Shown: positions 38,756 through 48,585 of the stretch, one piece after another | Position numbering within the stretch: position 1 is the first letter of the stretch | Layout: each line of letters starts with the position of its first letter | NCBI GenBank assembly: GCA_028279725.1 | Contig: JANQNE010000011.1 | Span: 25,872-89,871 of the forward strand | From: Candidatus Nanoarchaeia archaeon | GTDB taxonomy: Archaea > Nanobdellota > Nanobdellia > Woesearchaeales > JANQNE01 | Length of the DNA: 64,000 bases | Reading direction: 5' to 3' | The notes under the pieces: generated by a model | The model's input: the letters and a program-made list of their open reading frames with translations, nothing else | Databases searched by the model: none | What the model was told of the DNA's origin: nothing | Translations under genes and position numbers: made by a program

Positions 38756-38882
38756 ATTTATTTCACCTATGTACTTTATCTAAATCTTGCAGCGAGCTGC
38801 AATAACCTGCTATTTAAGAAGTTAGTATTTAAATATTGCGGAAAAAGTGCGTAGATTTATATAGGGAGCGCTTTTCTGGGAT

Positions 38883-40670
38883 TTGATGGCAAAATCTAAA
38901 AATATACTGTTTGTTTATCCAAAAACTCCTGAAACTACATACTGGAGCTATGAATATGCTATGCCATTCATAGATAAGAAAGCCACTATTTCTCCTTTAG
39001 GACCAATAACTGTTGCAGCTATGCTTCCAAAAGAGTATTCTGTCAAGCTTATCGATATGAATATTGAGGACCTTAAGGATGAAGATATAAAGAAGGCAGA
39101 TGCTGTCTTCACTTCAACTATGGTTGTTCAGAAGGATTCACTGGAAGAAGTTGTCAATCAGGTAAGAAGATTTGAAAAACCGATTGTTGCAGGAGGGCCT
39201 TTTCCCACACAATTCTATGATAAGATAGAAGGTATTGACCATTTTGTATTAGGGGAAGCGGAATCAGGAGCACTTGATGCTTTTATAAGAGATTTTGAGA
39301 ACGGCAATGCCAAGAAAGCGTATGCCAGGTTTGCTTTTAGAAAAAAAGGTGATGAAAAGGAGGCAGATGAAAGAGAATTTGAAGCACTGAAGAAATTTTT
39401 TGGAGAGAATTCAGATATACAAAAAGTAAGTTCAAGACCAGATATATCAAACAATCCTGTTCCCAGATTTGATCTTCTTAAAATGGATGAGTATGTCTCT
39501 ATTGCGATACAGTATTCCAGAGGATGTCCACATAGCTGTGATTTTTGCAGCGAATCTACATTATATGGTCATAAGATGAGATTAAAAGGATCAAAGAAGA
39601 TAATAAGTGAACTGAAAAAGATATATGATCTGGGATTTAGGGGATCTATATTTGTTGTAGATGATGATTTTATAGGCAATAAAAAACAGGTCAAGGAAGA
39701 TCTTGTAGATATAAAAAAGTTTCAGGAAGACAGAAGATATCCTTTTCCACTTTATACTGAAGCGACCATACTGCTTGCCAAAGATAAAGAACTGATGAGA
39801 AGGATGAGAGATGCTGGCTTCAATATGGTGTTTGTGGGTATAGAAACTCCGGATAAGGAAGTGTTGAAAGACATGGGCAAATCCCAGAATGTTAAGTCTG
39901 ATCTTCTGGAAGATGTTAAGGCTATCCAAAGATATGGTATGGAGGTCAGCGGAGGTTTTATCGTAGGAAATGATAATGATCCTCCTGACATATGTGATAA
40001 GGTCTTTGAGTTCTGTCAGGAAGCAGGGATCCCTACTGCAATGGTCGGATTATTAACTGCATTTAAGGGTTCTCCCCTATTGGACAGGCTGAAAGCAGAA
40101 GGAAGATTACGGAAGGATTCTGAAGGTGATAATACTCATTCTTTTGAACTTAATTTTAAGCCAGTTGAAGGAAAAAATGAAGCAAAGATAATCGGTGATT
40201 ACAAGACTCTTCTGAATAAACTTTATGACAGAACCGGGAAGAACTATTATGCAAGATGTTCTACATTATTAAATAACCTGGGATATAATCCAAAAGGTGC
40301 AAGAGATGTTAATGCCAATGAATTAAGGGCCCTTTTTAGATCAGCCAGAAGAAGTATGTTCAACCCAAACTATTCTAAGTTCATGGCTCATGCTCTTGTA
40401 AGGCATACAAGTGTTTTTCCTGAAGCTGTCAGGATGGCAATAATGGGATATCATCTAAGAAAGATCACTAAACTTTCCTTAAAGGCTGATGAGATAAGCG
40501 GAGTTCTAAAGATGTATGATAATATTGTTCATGAAGGCGGAGAGGTTATAGATTCTATAGGTAAAGTTTTATCTAAGATGAAAAGGAAGATTCAAAGGCT
40601 CCCTGAAGCTTACAGATCAAAGCCTAATGAAATTTACGGAAGAATAATGGAAAAAAATTCAAAAAGATAG
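38883..40670 (+). CDS. B12-binding radical SAM protein (class B rSAM, DUF4070-type C-terminus)
   Basis: N-terminal Rossmann-like B12-binding region; radical SAM cluster motif CPHSCDFC (CxxxCxxC); long helical C-terminal domain. 595 aa. Confidence 0.75.
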   Translation: MMAKSKNILFVYPKTPETTYWSYEYAMPFIDKKATISPLGPITVAAMLPKEYSVKLIDMNIEDLKDEDIKKADAVFTSTMVVQKDSLEEVVNQVRRFEKPIVAGGPFPTQFYDKIEGIDHFVLGEAESGALDAFIRDFENGNAKKAYARFAFRKKGDEKEADEREFEALKKFFGENSDIQKVSSRPDISNNPVPRFDLLKMDEYVSIAIQYSRGCPHSCDFCSESTLYGHKMRLKGSKKIISELKKIYDLGFRGSIFVVDDDFIGNKKQVKEDLVDIKKFQEDRRYPFPLYTEATILLAKDKELMRRMRDAGFNMVFVGIETPDKEVLKDMGKSQNVKSDLLEDVKAIQRYGMEVSGGFIVGNDNDPPDICDKVFEFCQEAGIPTAMVGLLTAFKGSPLLDRLKAEGRLRKDSEGDNTHSFELNFKPVEGKNEAKIIGDYKTLLNKLYDRTGKNYYARCSTLLNNLGYNPKGARDVNANELRALFRSARRSMFNPNYSKFMAHALVRHTSVFPEAVRMAIMGYHLRKITKLSLKADEISGVLKMYDNIVHEGGEVIDSIGKVLSKMKRKIQRLPEAYRSKPNEIYGRIMEKNSKR

Positions 40671-40702
40671 TTTTATATACAACCTGCTTACTAATTTTTG
40701 TC

Positions 40703-41737
40703 ATGGAAAAGAGGGATAAGCTGAGGAAATTAGTCGAGGGGAAGAAGGTTTTTCTTGCAACACACTGGGATGCTGATGGTGTTACATCTGGAGCGTTAGT
40801 GTATCATCTGATAAAGCCATTTGCAAAAGAGATCGAAACTGTCTCTAAAGGAGAGACTTTTTTGGTGAACAAAGAAGATGTTAAAGGAGATCCTGATGTT
40901 ATAATCTGTACAGATATAAAGCCTGGAGATATAGACCATAAGAAGACGATATATATCGATCATCACCCATGGGATAAAGATGGAGTTGAGGAGAACGAAT
41001 ATCTTTATTGCATCTTTGACAAAGATATGCAGTCATGCTCTTTGCTGATATGGCATGAGCTATTGCAGGACACTACAAATCCATATTACATTTTTCTGAC
41101 ATTAGTCGGTTATTTTGGAGATGGAGGAAACAGAGAAGAGATCCCTGTTGAGCTGCAGATGCTGGCTGATAAATATCTTAAGCATCAGACAAGTGTAGGT
41201 GTTCATGATCTAATGGAGAAGAAAAATTCAAGATTCAGTGAAGGCTATTATTATGAGATAGAAAGATATGTATCTGCACTAAATACAGGAAAGAGGATGC
41301 ACTGGAGCGGAGATATTCCGTTTGAGCTTCTGAAAAATATCAGCAGCTATAAGCCATATATCTATAAGATGCATCCGATAGCTCAGCAGCTTAATGATTA
41401 CAGATATCAATTAAGAAATCATTATGATATGCAGATAAAACTCTTTGATAAGAAGAAGATACAGTATGCGATGATAGAGTCTGATAAAAATATACAAGGA
41501 GTTCTTTGTGCAAGATATCTCAAAGATAAGCCGATAATTGTCCTGAACAAAAGGAATGGAAGTATCATAGCTAGCATGAGAGTTCCTGATGATGTTGAAT
41601 TTGATGCTGGAGAATTTCTTGGACAGCTTAACGGAAAGATACCTTCTTTAGTTGGAGGAGGTCATGAGAAGGCTGCTGGTGTCACATTAAAAGAAGAAGA
41701 TCTGGATAAATTCTTGGATTTTTTAGATAATAGCTGA
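40703..41737 (+). CDS. DHH-family phosphoesterase (DHH + DHHA1; NrnA/RecJ-like)
   Basis: DHH motif YIDHHPWD, upstream Asp-rich motifs (HWDADGV) and DHHA1 GGGHEKAAG near the C-terminus; 344 aa. Confidence 0.6.
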   Translation: MEKRDKLRKLVEGKKVFLATHWDADGVTSGALVYHLIKPFAKEIETVSKGETFLVNKEDVKGDPDVIICTDIKPGDIDHKKTIYIDHHPWDKDGVEENEYLYCIFDKDMQSCSLLIWHELLQDTTNPYYIFLTLVGYFGDGGNREEIPVELQMLADKYLKHQTSVGVHDLMEKKNSRFSEGYYYEIERYVSALNTGKRMHWSGDIPFELLKNISSYKPYIYKMHPIAQQLNDYRYQLRNHYDMQIKLFDKKKIQYAMIESDKNIQGVLCARYLKDKPIIVLNKRNGSIIASMRVPDDVEFDAGEFLGQLNGKIPSLVGGGHEKAAGVTLKEEDLDKFLDFLDNS

Positions 41738-41909
41738 TCAAGATATTGGGTTAATCATTTCTAAGTATACAACATATTGTATTATGCAATTCTGGATTTT
41801 ATATAAATTATATATAAACTACTCAGGAGTAGCAATAAAAACGAAACTTTTATAAATGGTTGGAGCCTTATAGAGCTTGATTTAGCTAGTTTGGGGTATA
41901 AACTGAAAA

Positions 41910-44900
41910 ATGAAGGATTTAAGCAGATATCTAGATAAATTTAGAGGCGATTCTGTTAGGTTAGATAGACCTAGCCTTGATGATGATATCCGGACTATAG
42001 TATTCAATTATGAGCCTTTTGTTCTTGATTGGAAAAATTTTAGGAAACTGGAAAGAGATACTGAAAGAGAAGCAGAAGAAGTCTATAAGCAAAGAGCTCT
42101 GAATGGAGACACCTATACTGATATTGAAAAACAGTTTAAAGATGACCCAAAAGGAAGATATGATGCTACGAAAGATAGAGACTGGGTTGAAGGAAAGGTA
42201 AAAGCGTTCAGGCCGGAGATAAAAAGAGCTCTTGAGAGCAAATCAATAATAGGTATTAGACCTGACCAGGAAGATCTTGAGTCTATCTGTATGGATAGGA
42301 ACATCACTTTAGTTGGAAAAGAAGTTGTAGGTATTAATTCTGAATTTATGGTGGGAAATGACATCATACTTTTGGAGACCGAAGTATATGAAAAGGTCTG
42401 TGAGAGGCTAAAAGAAAGCGATGATAAATCAAAAGAGAATGCAGTAGCTACAATCAAGGAAGTTATTGAAGAAGAACTTACTAAAGAGAAACCAAAACTG
42501 CTGATAGTTGATAATGAAATGGGAGAAAGATTGAGGATGACTGAAATAGCTCTAAAATGCGGGTTTAGCACTCGAATAGCTGAAAATCCAGAACAGGCAT
42601 TTCAGATGCTTGAAAAAGAAAAAGACATTGGTACGATAATAACAGGTGATATATTTCCTGGAACTAATGGGCTTGATTTCATAATGGAGCTTAGAAAGAG
42701 AGGAGGAGAACAGCATGCAATACTTGTATCAGATGAGCAGTTCATAGAAAAGGAATATGAAGGAAAAAACCATAAAGAACTGCTTCAGGCAAATGTGAGA
42801 GTTATTGAGAAAGGAGGAAATACAGATCCAGAGATAAGAAGTGAATTTCTTAATGCTAAAGGTAAGATGGATCTTATGGCTGAGAAGACAGATGTACGTA
42901 TAGAGGAGAAAGATTCAAAGATACCAACCTTTGCAGATTTTGAGAATAAGATAAGAGATTACAACAGCAATTCTGGAAAGCTTATAATGCTTGATTCGAA
43001 TGATATCAATGAAGTTATTACATCATTCAAGAGCAAGTTTAAAACACCCGAAGATTATATCACACTTTCAACTTTGAATAATGAAGATATGAAATACATA
43101 TTGACTGTTCCACGTATACTTAAGATTGAAGAGAATGGTGTGGAAGATAAAGCTATCGACCATATGATGGATGTTTTGGATCCTGAGGAAAGAAATCTAG
43201 GAAATGTTCTTGGAAAATTCTATGAAAAGATAAAAGAAGGATGGACTGGAGAAGATGTACAGGAGCTGCTTCGTTCAATCCTACGAAAAGAAGATGTAGG
43301 AGAATCTATCAAGAGTATTTACAGAAATAGAAAGGGTATGGATGATGAAGTAGTCATTGAAAGGAATATGAGAGAAGGTTCTGATTTTAGAACTTCTATA
43401 TTTTTCAGCTATAAGAATGCAGGAAGAGTGGCTGAAAGATACAATCATTATAGTGAGGATAAAAGGATAAAGTATAATCTTGGAATTACAACAGAAAGAG
43501 TAAGCTGGGTTGCAAAGAACAATGCACTGCTTGCCAGGTATCTTGAGATGTTTGGTGCTGCAAAAGGGAAAGTTGAACATGACAGTCTTGTCAATATAAT
43601 AAATCAGGACAGAAAGGATGATGTTGTGAGCATCAAGGAATCAAAGATTACAGTAGATTCAAAATATCATGTTTACGAAGTTACATCAACTTATGGAGAA
43701 AATGAAAAAAGACACAGCATAGTAAAATTCATAACTAATCCAGATTCATTTGAAAGGGAAGTCTATAACTATAATTATTTCAAGAGATTTGACGGAATAA
43801 ATGATGCGAATAGTCTGGTAACTACAACAGTGGAGGATGAAGAAGGAAACAAGAATTATGTTGTTGTACTTAATTTTAAGGAAGGAGTGGAGCCTAGACA
43901 GAATCTTATGACTACTTTTGAAAATATAAGAGAGAGTATCAAGACAGGAGGAGATGATGTTAAGAAAGAGCTTAATGATAAGGCAAATAAAGTAGGGATA
44001 CAGGCTATGTCTGATGTAGGAAGAGTACATGGTGTTGCTCCTGAACTAAAAGGAGATACATACACTTCATTCTATGGTGATTTTAAAAAATACCTTCATT
44101 TCAGGATAGGAGAGTTCCAAGATAATCTTACTGACCTTGTAAAACAGCTTGCTACTGAATTTAAAGATCATATACAAAAGAACTCATCAAGAGTTAAATC
44201 AAACTCTTATTCACTTGTTGAATATCTAGCAAGCATGGATACAACTTTCTATAAGGATACTGTAACAAAGAACATGACTCCTATGGGGGAGGAAGGAGGG
44301 AAGAACTCAGGCAGGTTTGCATCAGTTGATTATGGAGAAGTCAGAAAACTTCCACTGACTTTTGATGTTGCAAATGCAGTACATACTATGTACATACCTG
44401 ATATCAGGGTTGCTGAGGAAGATGGAACAATAGATCAGATGCTGATATCCTATCTTAGTGGATATTGTGAAGGAAGAACATCGTACAATAATGAAGTTAT
44501 GAAGAAGAAAAATGTAAAAAAATATCTTGTAGATAATCTTGAAAGGATGAGAAAAGGGACAGGAAATGAAAGTGTAAGGGAGAATCTATCTGATCTTCTT
44601 AAGATAATAAAGAAGGAAGAGCCAAAACATAAGAGCAGGAAAAAGAAGATGGCATTTTATAAGGATATCATGTCTGGATTTGCTGAGTCAAGCGGATCAG
44701 ATGAGTTAAAAAGAGTTGTAGCGAATGAGATCAAATATTTTGATGAAATAGAAGATAAACCTGACCCATATTTTGGGAAGCTTAAGATCAGGACAAGCAC
44801 TGCGAAAGGAAGAAGAAACAAAAGATATGAGATCATAAGCGATAAATTAAAAGGACCAAGAGATAGGTGGTCAACTAAATTGAATGATGCGTTCGAAAGA

Positions 44901-45212
44901 TTCAAAGCAGATTTCTATGTAAGTATGGCATACAGAGGACAGGTTATAGCAAATACTGTTCCAGTCTATATATTATCAGATCATAATATCAACAAGCAGA
45001 GGAGGGATTATTTTTCATCTGTTATGGGAAATACTACTCAAGCATTAGAGATACTTAGTGAGAAATATATCGGAAAAGAAAAAGGAATGTACTTAAGGAG
45101 AGAGCTAGATGGCGATAAGCTTAATGAAGTTAAGAATGCACTTTCAGATATCAGGAATATATTTGAAAAGATAGATCCGGGGGCTGTTAAGAATGCCGAA
45201 TACAAAGCTTGA
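41910..45212 (+). CDS. Large (1100-aa) multidomain protein with an embedded CheY-like receiver domain; remainder of unknown function
   Basis: Receiver-like segment KLLIVDNE...TGDIFPGTNGLDFIMELRK...HAILVSD...IEKG fits the REC pattern (acidic pocket, DxxxPxxNGxxF, S/T, K). The flanking ~400-aa N-terminal and ~600-aa C-terminal regions have no assignable motifs. Confidence 0.55.
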   Translation: MKDLSRYLDKFRGDSVRLDRPSLDDDIRTIVFNYEPFVLDWKNFRKLERDTEREAEEVYKQRALNGDTYTDIEKQFKDDPKGRYDATKDRDWVEGKVKAFRPEIKRALESKSIIGIRPDQEDLESICMDRNITLVGKEVVGINSEFMVGNDIILLETEVYEKVCERLKESDDKSKENAVATIKEVIEEELTKEKPKLLIVDNEMGERLRMTEIALKCGFSTRIAENPEQAFQMLEKEKDIGTIITGDIFPGTNGLDFIMELRKRGGEQHAILVSDEQFIEKEYEGKNHKELLQANVRVIEKGGNTDPEIRSEFLNAKGKMDLMAEKTDVRIEEKDSKIPTFADFENKIRDYNSNSGKLIMLDSNDINEVITSFKSKFKTPEDYITLSTLNNEDMKYILTVPRILKIEENGVEDKAIDHMMDVLDPEERNLGNVLGKFYEKIKEGWTGEDVQELLRSILRKEDVGESIKSIYRNRKGMDDEVVIERNMREGSDFRTSIFFSYKNAGRVAERYNHYSEDKRIKYNLGITTERVSWVAKNNALLARYLEMFGAAKGKVEHDSLVNIINQDRKDDVVSIKESKITVDSKYHVYEVTSTYGENEKRHSIVKFITNPDSFEREVYNYNYFKRFDGINDANSLVTTTVEDEEGNKNYVVVLNFKEGVEPRQNLMTTFENIRESIKTGGDDVKKELNDKANKVGIQAMSDVGRVHGVAPELKGDTYTSFYGDFKKYLHFRIGEFQDNLTDLVKQLATEFKDHIQKNSSRVKSNSYSLVEYLASMDTTFYKDTVTKNMTPMGEEGGKNSGRFASVDYGEVRKLPLTFDVANAVHTMYIPDIRVAEEDGTIDQMLISYLSGYCEGRTSYNNEVMKKKNVKKYLVDNLERMRKGTGNESVRENLSDLLKIIKKEEPKHKSRKKKMAFYKDIMSGFAESSGSDELKRVVANEIKYFDEIEDKPDPYFGKLKIRTSTAKGRRNKRYEIISDKLKGPRDRWSTKLNDAFERFKADFYVSMAYRGQVIANTVPVYILSDHNINKQRRDYFSSVMGNTTQALEILSEKYIGKEKGMYLRRELDGDKLNEVKNALSDIRNIFEKIDPGAVKNAEYKA

Positions 45213-46617
45213 TAGTCCCAGTATAGATCTTCACCTGCACAGCGGTTTTTCTGTCGATAATGAAAATATCTCTCCTGAGGAATGGGCTGAATTTATCTAT
45301 AAAGTAAAGGAGAGCAGGCTTCCTGGACTGAAAGGGATAGCCTTGACTGACCATAACAACATGGTAGGAGTTGAGCCTAATCTTGATGCACTTAGAAAGC
45401 TAGAGAGAAGGAAAGGAGTTGAGCCTTTAGAGTTTATCCCCGGTGTTGAATGCGCTCTTGAGCATGAGAATGTTTCTGCACATATAATTGCTTATTTTGT
45501 ACCTGGCGAAAATGAGAAGATAGAAGATGCACTGCACAGGGCAACGCAGATAAATCCGCTTCTTGAGATAATCAATACTGAATTTACGAGAAGAAAATAC
45601 GGAGTTCTTGCTCTGGAGACAGCTAATGCACATATGAGAAATAAGCTAGGAGATGCTTTTGAACACCCTATCACTATAAAAGAGATGGATGCTGTGATGA
45701 GAGAAGAGCTTCCTGTTTATGAGCTTGACAACTGGATATTCAAGCCAACCTATGAAGATGGAAGTATGACAAAGAACAGGATAACTGAGCTTAACCACAG
45801 GCAGCTTGAGAAGCTTCTTTGCGGGAATCATGAATCAGGAGATATAAAAAGGAATTGGGTAGATCCAAAAGAGGCTGAGATATTGGTAAAAAGAGGAGGA
45901 GTACTCTATCCTGAAAATTTTCCAGGCTACAGTGTACTCAAAGGGATAGAGCAGATACATGAAGCAGGAGCTTTTGCAAGCTTTGCGCATCCTCAGCTTA
46001 CAATAAGGAGCCTTTGTGAAAAAAAATTAGGAAATAAGATAAAAGATGAAGGAGTTAAAGGTGGTTTGAAGCTTGATAGGGTAAAAGATATACAGATTAA
46101 GTATTCAGCTCTGGATGAGACTCTTGTAGAGTTCCAGGATTTTTTAGAGAAAGAGATGATACCAAGAGGGCTGAATGCTATCGAGCTGACAAACCATTAT
46201 TCATATCTTATGGCTGAGTTTGCATATATGACTATAAGTCTTTTGATGTTTGTTGATAATTATAACAGAAGAAATCCTAACAACAGGCTGTATGTAACTG
46301 GAGGATCTGATTTTCATAAGCCGGTAGGAAACAGAAACATAGGAACAGTAAACACAATGTGTGAGAAAGGTGTCCAGCAGCTTATCGAGATATACAGCAA
46401 GATGGACAGCGGCAGCAGGCCAAGATTTGATGAAGGGACAATAAAACAGCTTCATGAGATAATCATGACAGGAACAAGAGATATCTATACAACAGATAAC
46501 AGTGCAAATGAGTTCACCAGAGTCATACCTTACTATCAGCTAACAAGGATGAAAGAGGCAGAAAAAGATCCAAAATCAGGACTTTATCTGCTTCCAGGTT
46601 CAGTCAAGAGTGAGTGA
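45193..46617 (+). CDS. PHP-family metal-dependent phosphoesterase
   Basis: PHP motifs IDLHLHSGFSVD, ALTDHNNM, ECALEH, SFAHPQ, GGSDFHKP; start overlaps the upstream giant gene by 20 nt; 474 aa with a C-terminal extension. Confidence 0.7.
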   Translation: MPNTKLDSPSIDLHLHSGFSVDNENISPEEWAEFIYKVKESRLPGLKGIALTDHNNMVGVEPNLDALRKLERRKGVEPLEFIPGVECALEHENVSAHIIAYFVPGENEKIEDALHRATQINPLLEIINTEFTRRKYGVLALETANAHMRNKLGDAFEHPITIKEMDAVMREELPVYELDNWIFKPTYEDGSMTKNRITELNHRQLEKLLCGNHESGDIKRNWVDPKEAEILVKRGGVLYPENFPGYSVLKGIEQIHEAGAFASFAHPQLTIRSLCEKKLGNKIKDEGVKGGLKLDRVKDIQIKYSALDETLVEFQDFLEKEMIPRGLNAIELTNHYSYLMAEFAYMTISLLMFVDNYNRRNPNNRLYVTGGSDFHKPVGNRNIGTVNTMCEKGVQQLIEIYSKMDSGSRPRFDEGTIKQLHEIIMTGTRDIYTTDNSANEFTRVIPYYQLTRMKEAEKDPKSGLYLLPGSVKSE

Positions 46618-47523
46618 GATCGTCGATCCCAGCACATCATTTATCCTTTGGGCGATATTTCCAAGATATTCAAGAAGGACTATCTCTTTATCGTTCTTGT
46701 TCTTGTACAGGTCTCTTATCTTTTTTTCTACTTTCTGCCTTACTTCATTTATAGCGACTAACTTATCTTTGTCTCCGCTGTAGAATGCTTTGTAGAATTC
46801 AGAGAACATTCCGTTAACATCATTGTATAGAGTAACTGCTTCTTTGCTTATCTTTGTCTTTGCATCTGCATTTTTTGACAAGAATTCTGCAAGATGGTAG
46901 TATTCATCTCCTATACTTTCGATAGACCAGACGATCACATACATGAATGTTGTCTTCTTATAATCTTTGAAGCCTTTTGTGTTAAGGATCCTTTCACAGA
47001 AGTTTGTAAGCTTGTTAACTGTTACCTCTAAAACTTTTATATCTTTTAGTTTTTCAAAATTATTATTTTTTATAGCTTCAAAGCTGCTTTCAGCCATAGA
47101 CTGTATGACCAAAAATACTCTTCTTAATGTAGGGTCAAATTCGCTTTCAAGATCCTGTGATAAGTTTCTGACTAGGCATCTGTTTCCAGACTGCTCTATG
47201 ATCGCATAGCCCATAAGACCTTCCTGGATAGTTGACTGGATTATCTCCAATATCTTAGGATCTGTGAATTTTATCTCAACTTCGTCGTAGCCGCTTTTAT
47301 GGACAGCGAACAATGACCATCTTACTAAGTGAGGATTTAGGTTAGAAACATCTAATGAGATCTTTTTCATCTCGATCCCTTTTGGAGTTGTGATAGTAAG
47401 ATTACTTCCTTCTTCCTTTATATCTAGCTCATCTCCTTTCTTTATGTTGTGTTTTTGAGCCCATTTTCTAGGCAAGGATACTAGCTGTGTACTGTCTGCG
47501 ATCTGTATAACTTTTCTTTTCAT
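46600..47523 (-). CDS. PhoU-like regulator with N-terminal AbrB/SpoVT swapped-hairpin domain (archaeal type)
   Basis: N-terminus VIQIADSTQLVSLPRKWAQKHNIKKGDELDI is AbrB-like; two helical PhoU-like repeats follow; 307 aa. Confidence 0.5.
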   Translation of the reverse strand: MKRKVIQIADSTQLVSLPRKWAQKHNIKKGDELDIKEEGSNLTITTPKGIEMKKISLDVSNLNPHLVRWSLFAVHKSGYDEVEIKFTDPKILEIIQSTIQEGLMGYAIIEQSGNRCLVRNLSQDLESEFDPTLRRVFLVIQSMAESSFEAIKNNNFEKLKDIKVLEVTVNKLTNFCERILNTKGFKDYKKTTFMYVIVWSIESIGDEYYHLAEFLSKNADAKTKISKEAVTLYNDVNGMFSEFYKAFYSGDKDKLVAINEVRQKVEKKIRDLYKNKNDKEIVLLEYLGNIAQRINDVLGSTISLTLD

Positions 47524-47676
47524 TTTAAAGCACCCCTCTGTTTTTGATAATTTATATGGAGGTTTTGCTACATTTATAAGTCTTTCGGTTTTATATAAAT
47601 TTTATATATTATAAGAATTAATTATAAATAGCACGGAATAACTCCAACGTTTATAAAACCTTTAAGGAGGGATAAA

Positions 47677-47826
47677 ATGGAGATACCTGATGACTGGAAT
47701 GAAGAAAATGAAGATACCATCTATTCAGAGGATGGAAGAGAAAGTTTAGTAGATAGTGAAGCTATGACACCAGAAGAAGCTGCATTTATGCAGGGTTATA
47801 GTGAAGCTGAAGAAGAGCTTGAATAA
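47677..47826 (+). CDS. Small acidic protein (49 aa), member of a 4-gene tandem paralog family (not in ORF track)
   Basis: MEIPDDWNEENEDTIYSEDGRESLVDSEAMTPEEAAFMQGYSEAEEELE; RBS aaggaggg 6 nt upstream; shares YSEDGRE..D...M..EEA.FMQGY with the next ORF. Confidence 0.5.
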   Translation: MEIPDDWNEENEDTIYSEDGRESLVDSEAMTPEEAAFMQGYSEAEEELE

Positions 47827-47942
47827 GTGTTTTTTTATATAATTCTTATACGTTTTATAAAATTTAATGGGTAATTATATATATTTGCTTCTATTACTAC
47901 CTCTTATCCAAGGTTAAAATACTATAAATGGGGTGGGGTTGA

Positions 47943-48092
47943 ATGAAAATAATAAAATCAAATTGGATAGATGAGTTAGAGGGTGAGAACTTAAGCGTTT
48001 ATTCTGAAGACGGCAGAGATATGCTTGTAGACGATGATGAGATGACATTAGAGGAAGCTGGCTTTATGCAAGGCTGGGATGAAGCAGGTTAA
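47943..48092 (+). CDS. Small acidic protein (49 aa), paralog 2
   Basis: MKIIKSNWIDELEGENLSVYSEDGRDMLVDDDEMTLEEAGFMQGWDEAG; RBS ggggtgggg upstream. Confidence 0.5.
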   Translation: MKIIKSNWIDELEGENLSVYSEDGRDMLVDDDEMTLEEAGFMQGWDEAG

Positions 48093-48105
48093 GGGGGTGA
48101 GTGAG

Positions 48106-48225
48106 ATGAGAATAATAGATGATTGGGATGAAGAGCTTAAGGGAGCATTTTTCAAGGAGAAAGGGCTTCATGTAGATGATGAAGATGTGTGGTTTGAGGA
48201 TCTTTTTCCAGAAAAAGCTAGCTGA
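48106..48225 (+). CDS. Small acidic protein (39 aa), divergent paralog 3
   Basis: MRIIDDWDEELKGAFFKEKGLHVDDEDVWFEDLFPEKAS; shares the N-terminal (I/P)DDW(N/D)EE motif with ORF 1; RBS gggggtgagtgag upstream. Confidence 0.35.
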   Translation: MRIIDDWDEELKGAFFKEKGLHVDDEDVWFEDLFPEKAS

Positions 48226-48270
48226 CAGCGCTTAACAAATTTTTTATAGTTTAAAATTTACTAGTTCTAG

Positions 48271-48510
48271 ATGGATAAAGAGGAAAATATGGATATTTCT
48301 GAGCATAAGAGGGTAAAGAGGTATTTTGAGGAAGAGCTGAAGAGAAGGGATAAGATAATCGATAGATTAAAGGAAGAAAAACGTGTTATTCTAGATTCTT
48401 CGTTCAAAAAAGAAGAGGAAAGGGCTAAACTTAGAGAACAGCTGGATAAACTGCATAAAAGCCATCAAAACCTCTTGAATAGGGTAAAGAAGGATAAAGA
48501 AAGGAGATAG
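48271..48510 (+). CDS. Hypothetical K/E/R-rich coiled-coil protein (79 aa)
   Basis: In the ORF track; highly charged helical composition; embedded among the small acidic ORFs. Confidence 0.35.
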   Translation: MDKEENMDISEHKRVKRYFEEELKRRDKIIDRLKEEKRVILDSSFKKEEERAKLREQLDKLHKSHQNLLNRVKKDKERR

Positions 48511-48585
48511 AATTCTATTTTGTTTTTGGTAAAAAGAAAGACTTAAAAATAATATAATCTTTATCGGTGCTCAGAGGGTGAAATA

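Noticed and set aside
38266-38854. Several overlapping ORFs (38266-38523, 38329-38532, 38492-38854, 38508-38783) around the TRAM gene
   Set aside because: They are alternative-frame translations of the GC-richer RGG/acidic-tail coding region; only the TRAM-containing frame has a recognisable domain.
41910-45212. Protein-kinase/APH-like fold in the C-terminal half of the 1100-aa protein
   Set aside because: Segments such as HSIVKF and YVVVLNFKEG loosely recall kinase beta-3/hinge motifs, but I could not find a catalytic HxD/D-x-x-x-x-N loop or a DFG equivalent; the evidence is insufficient.
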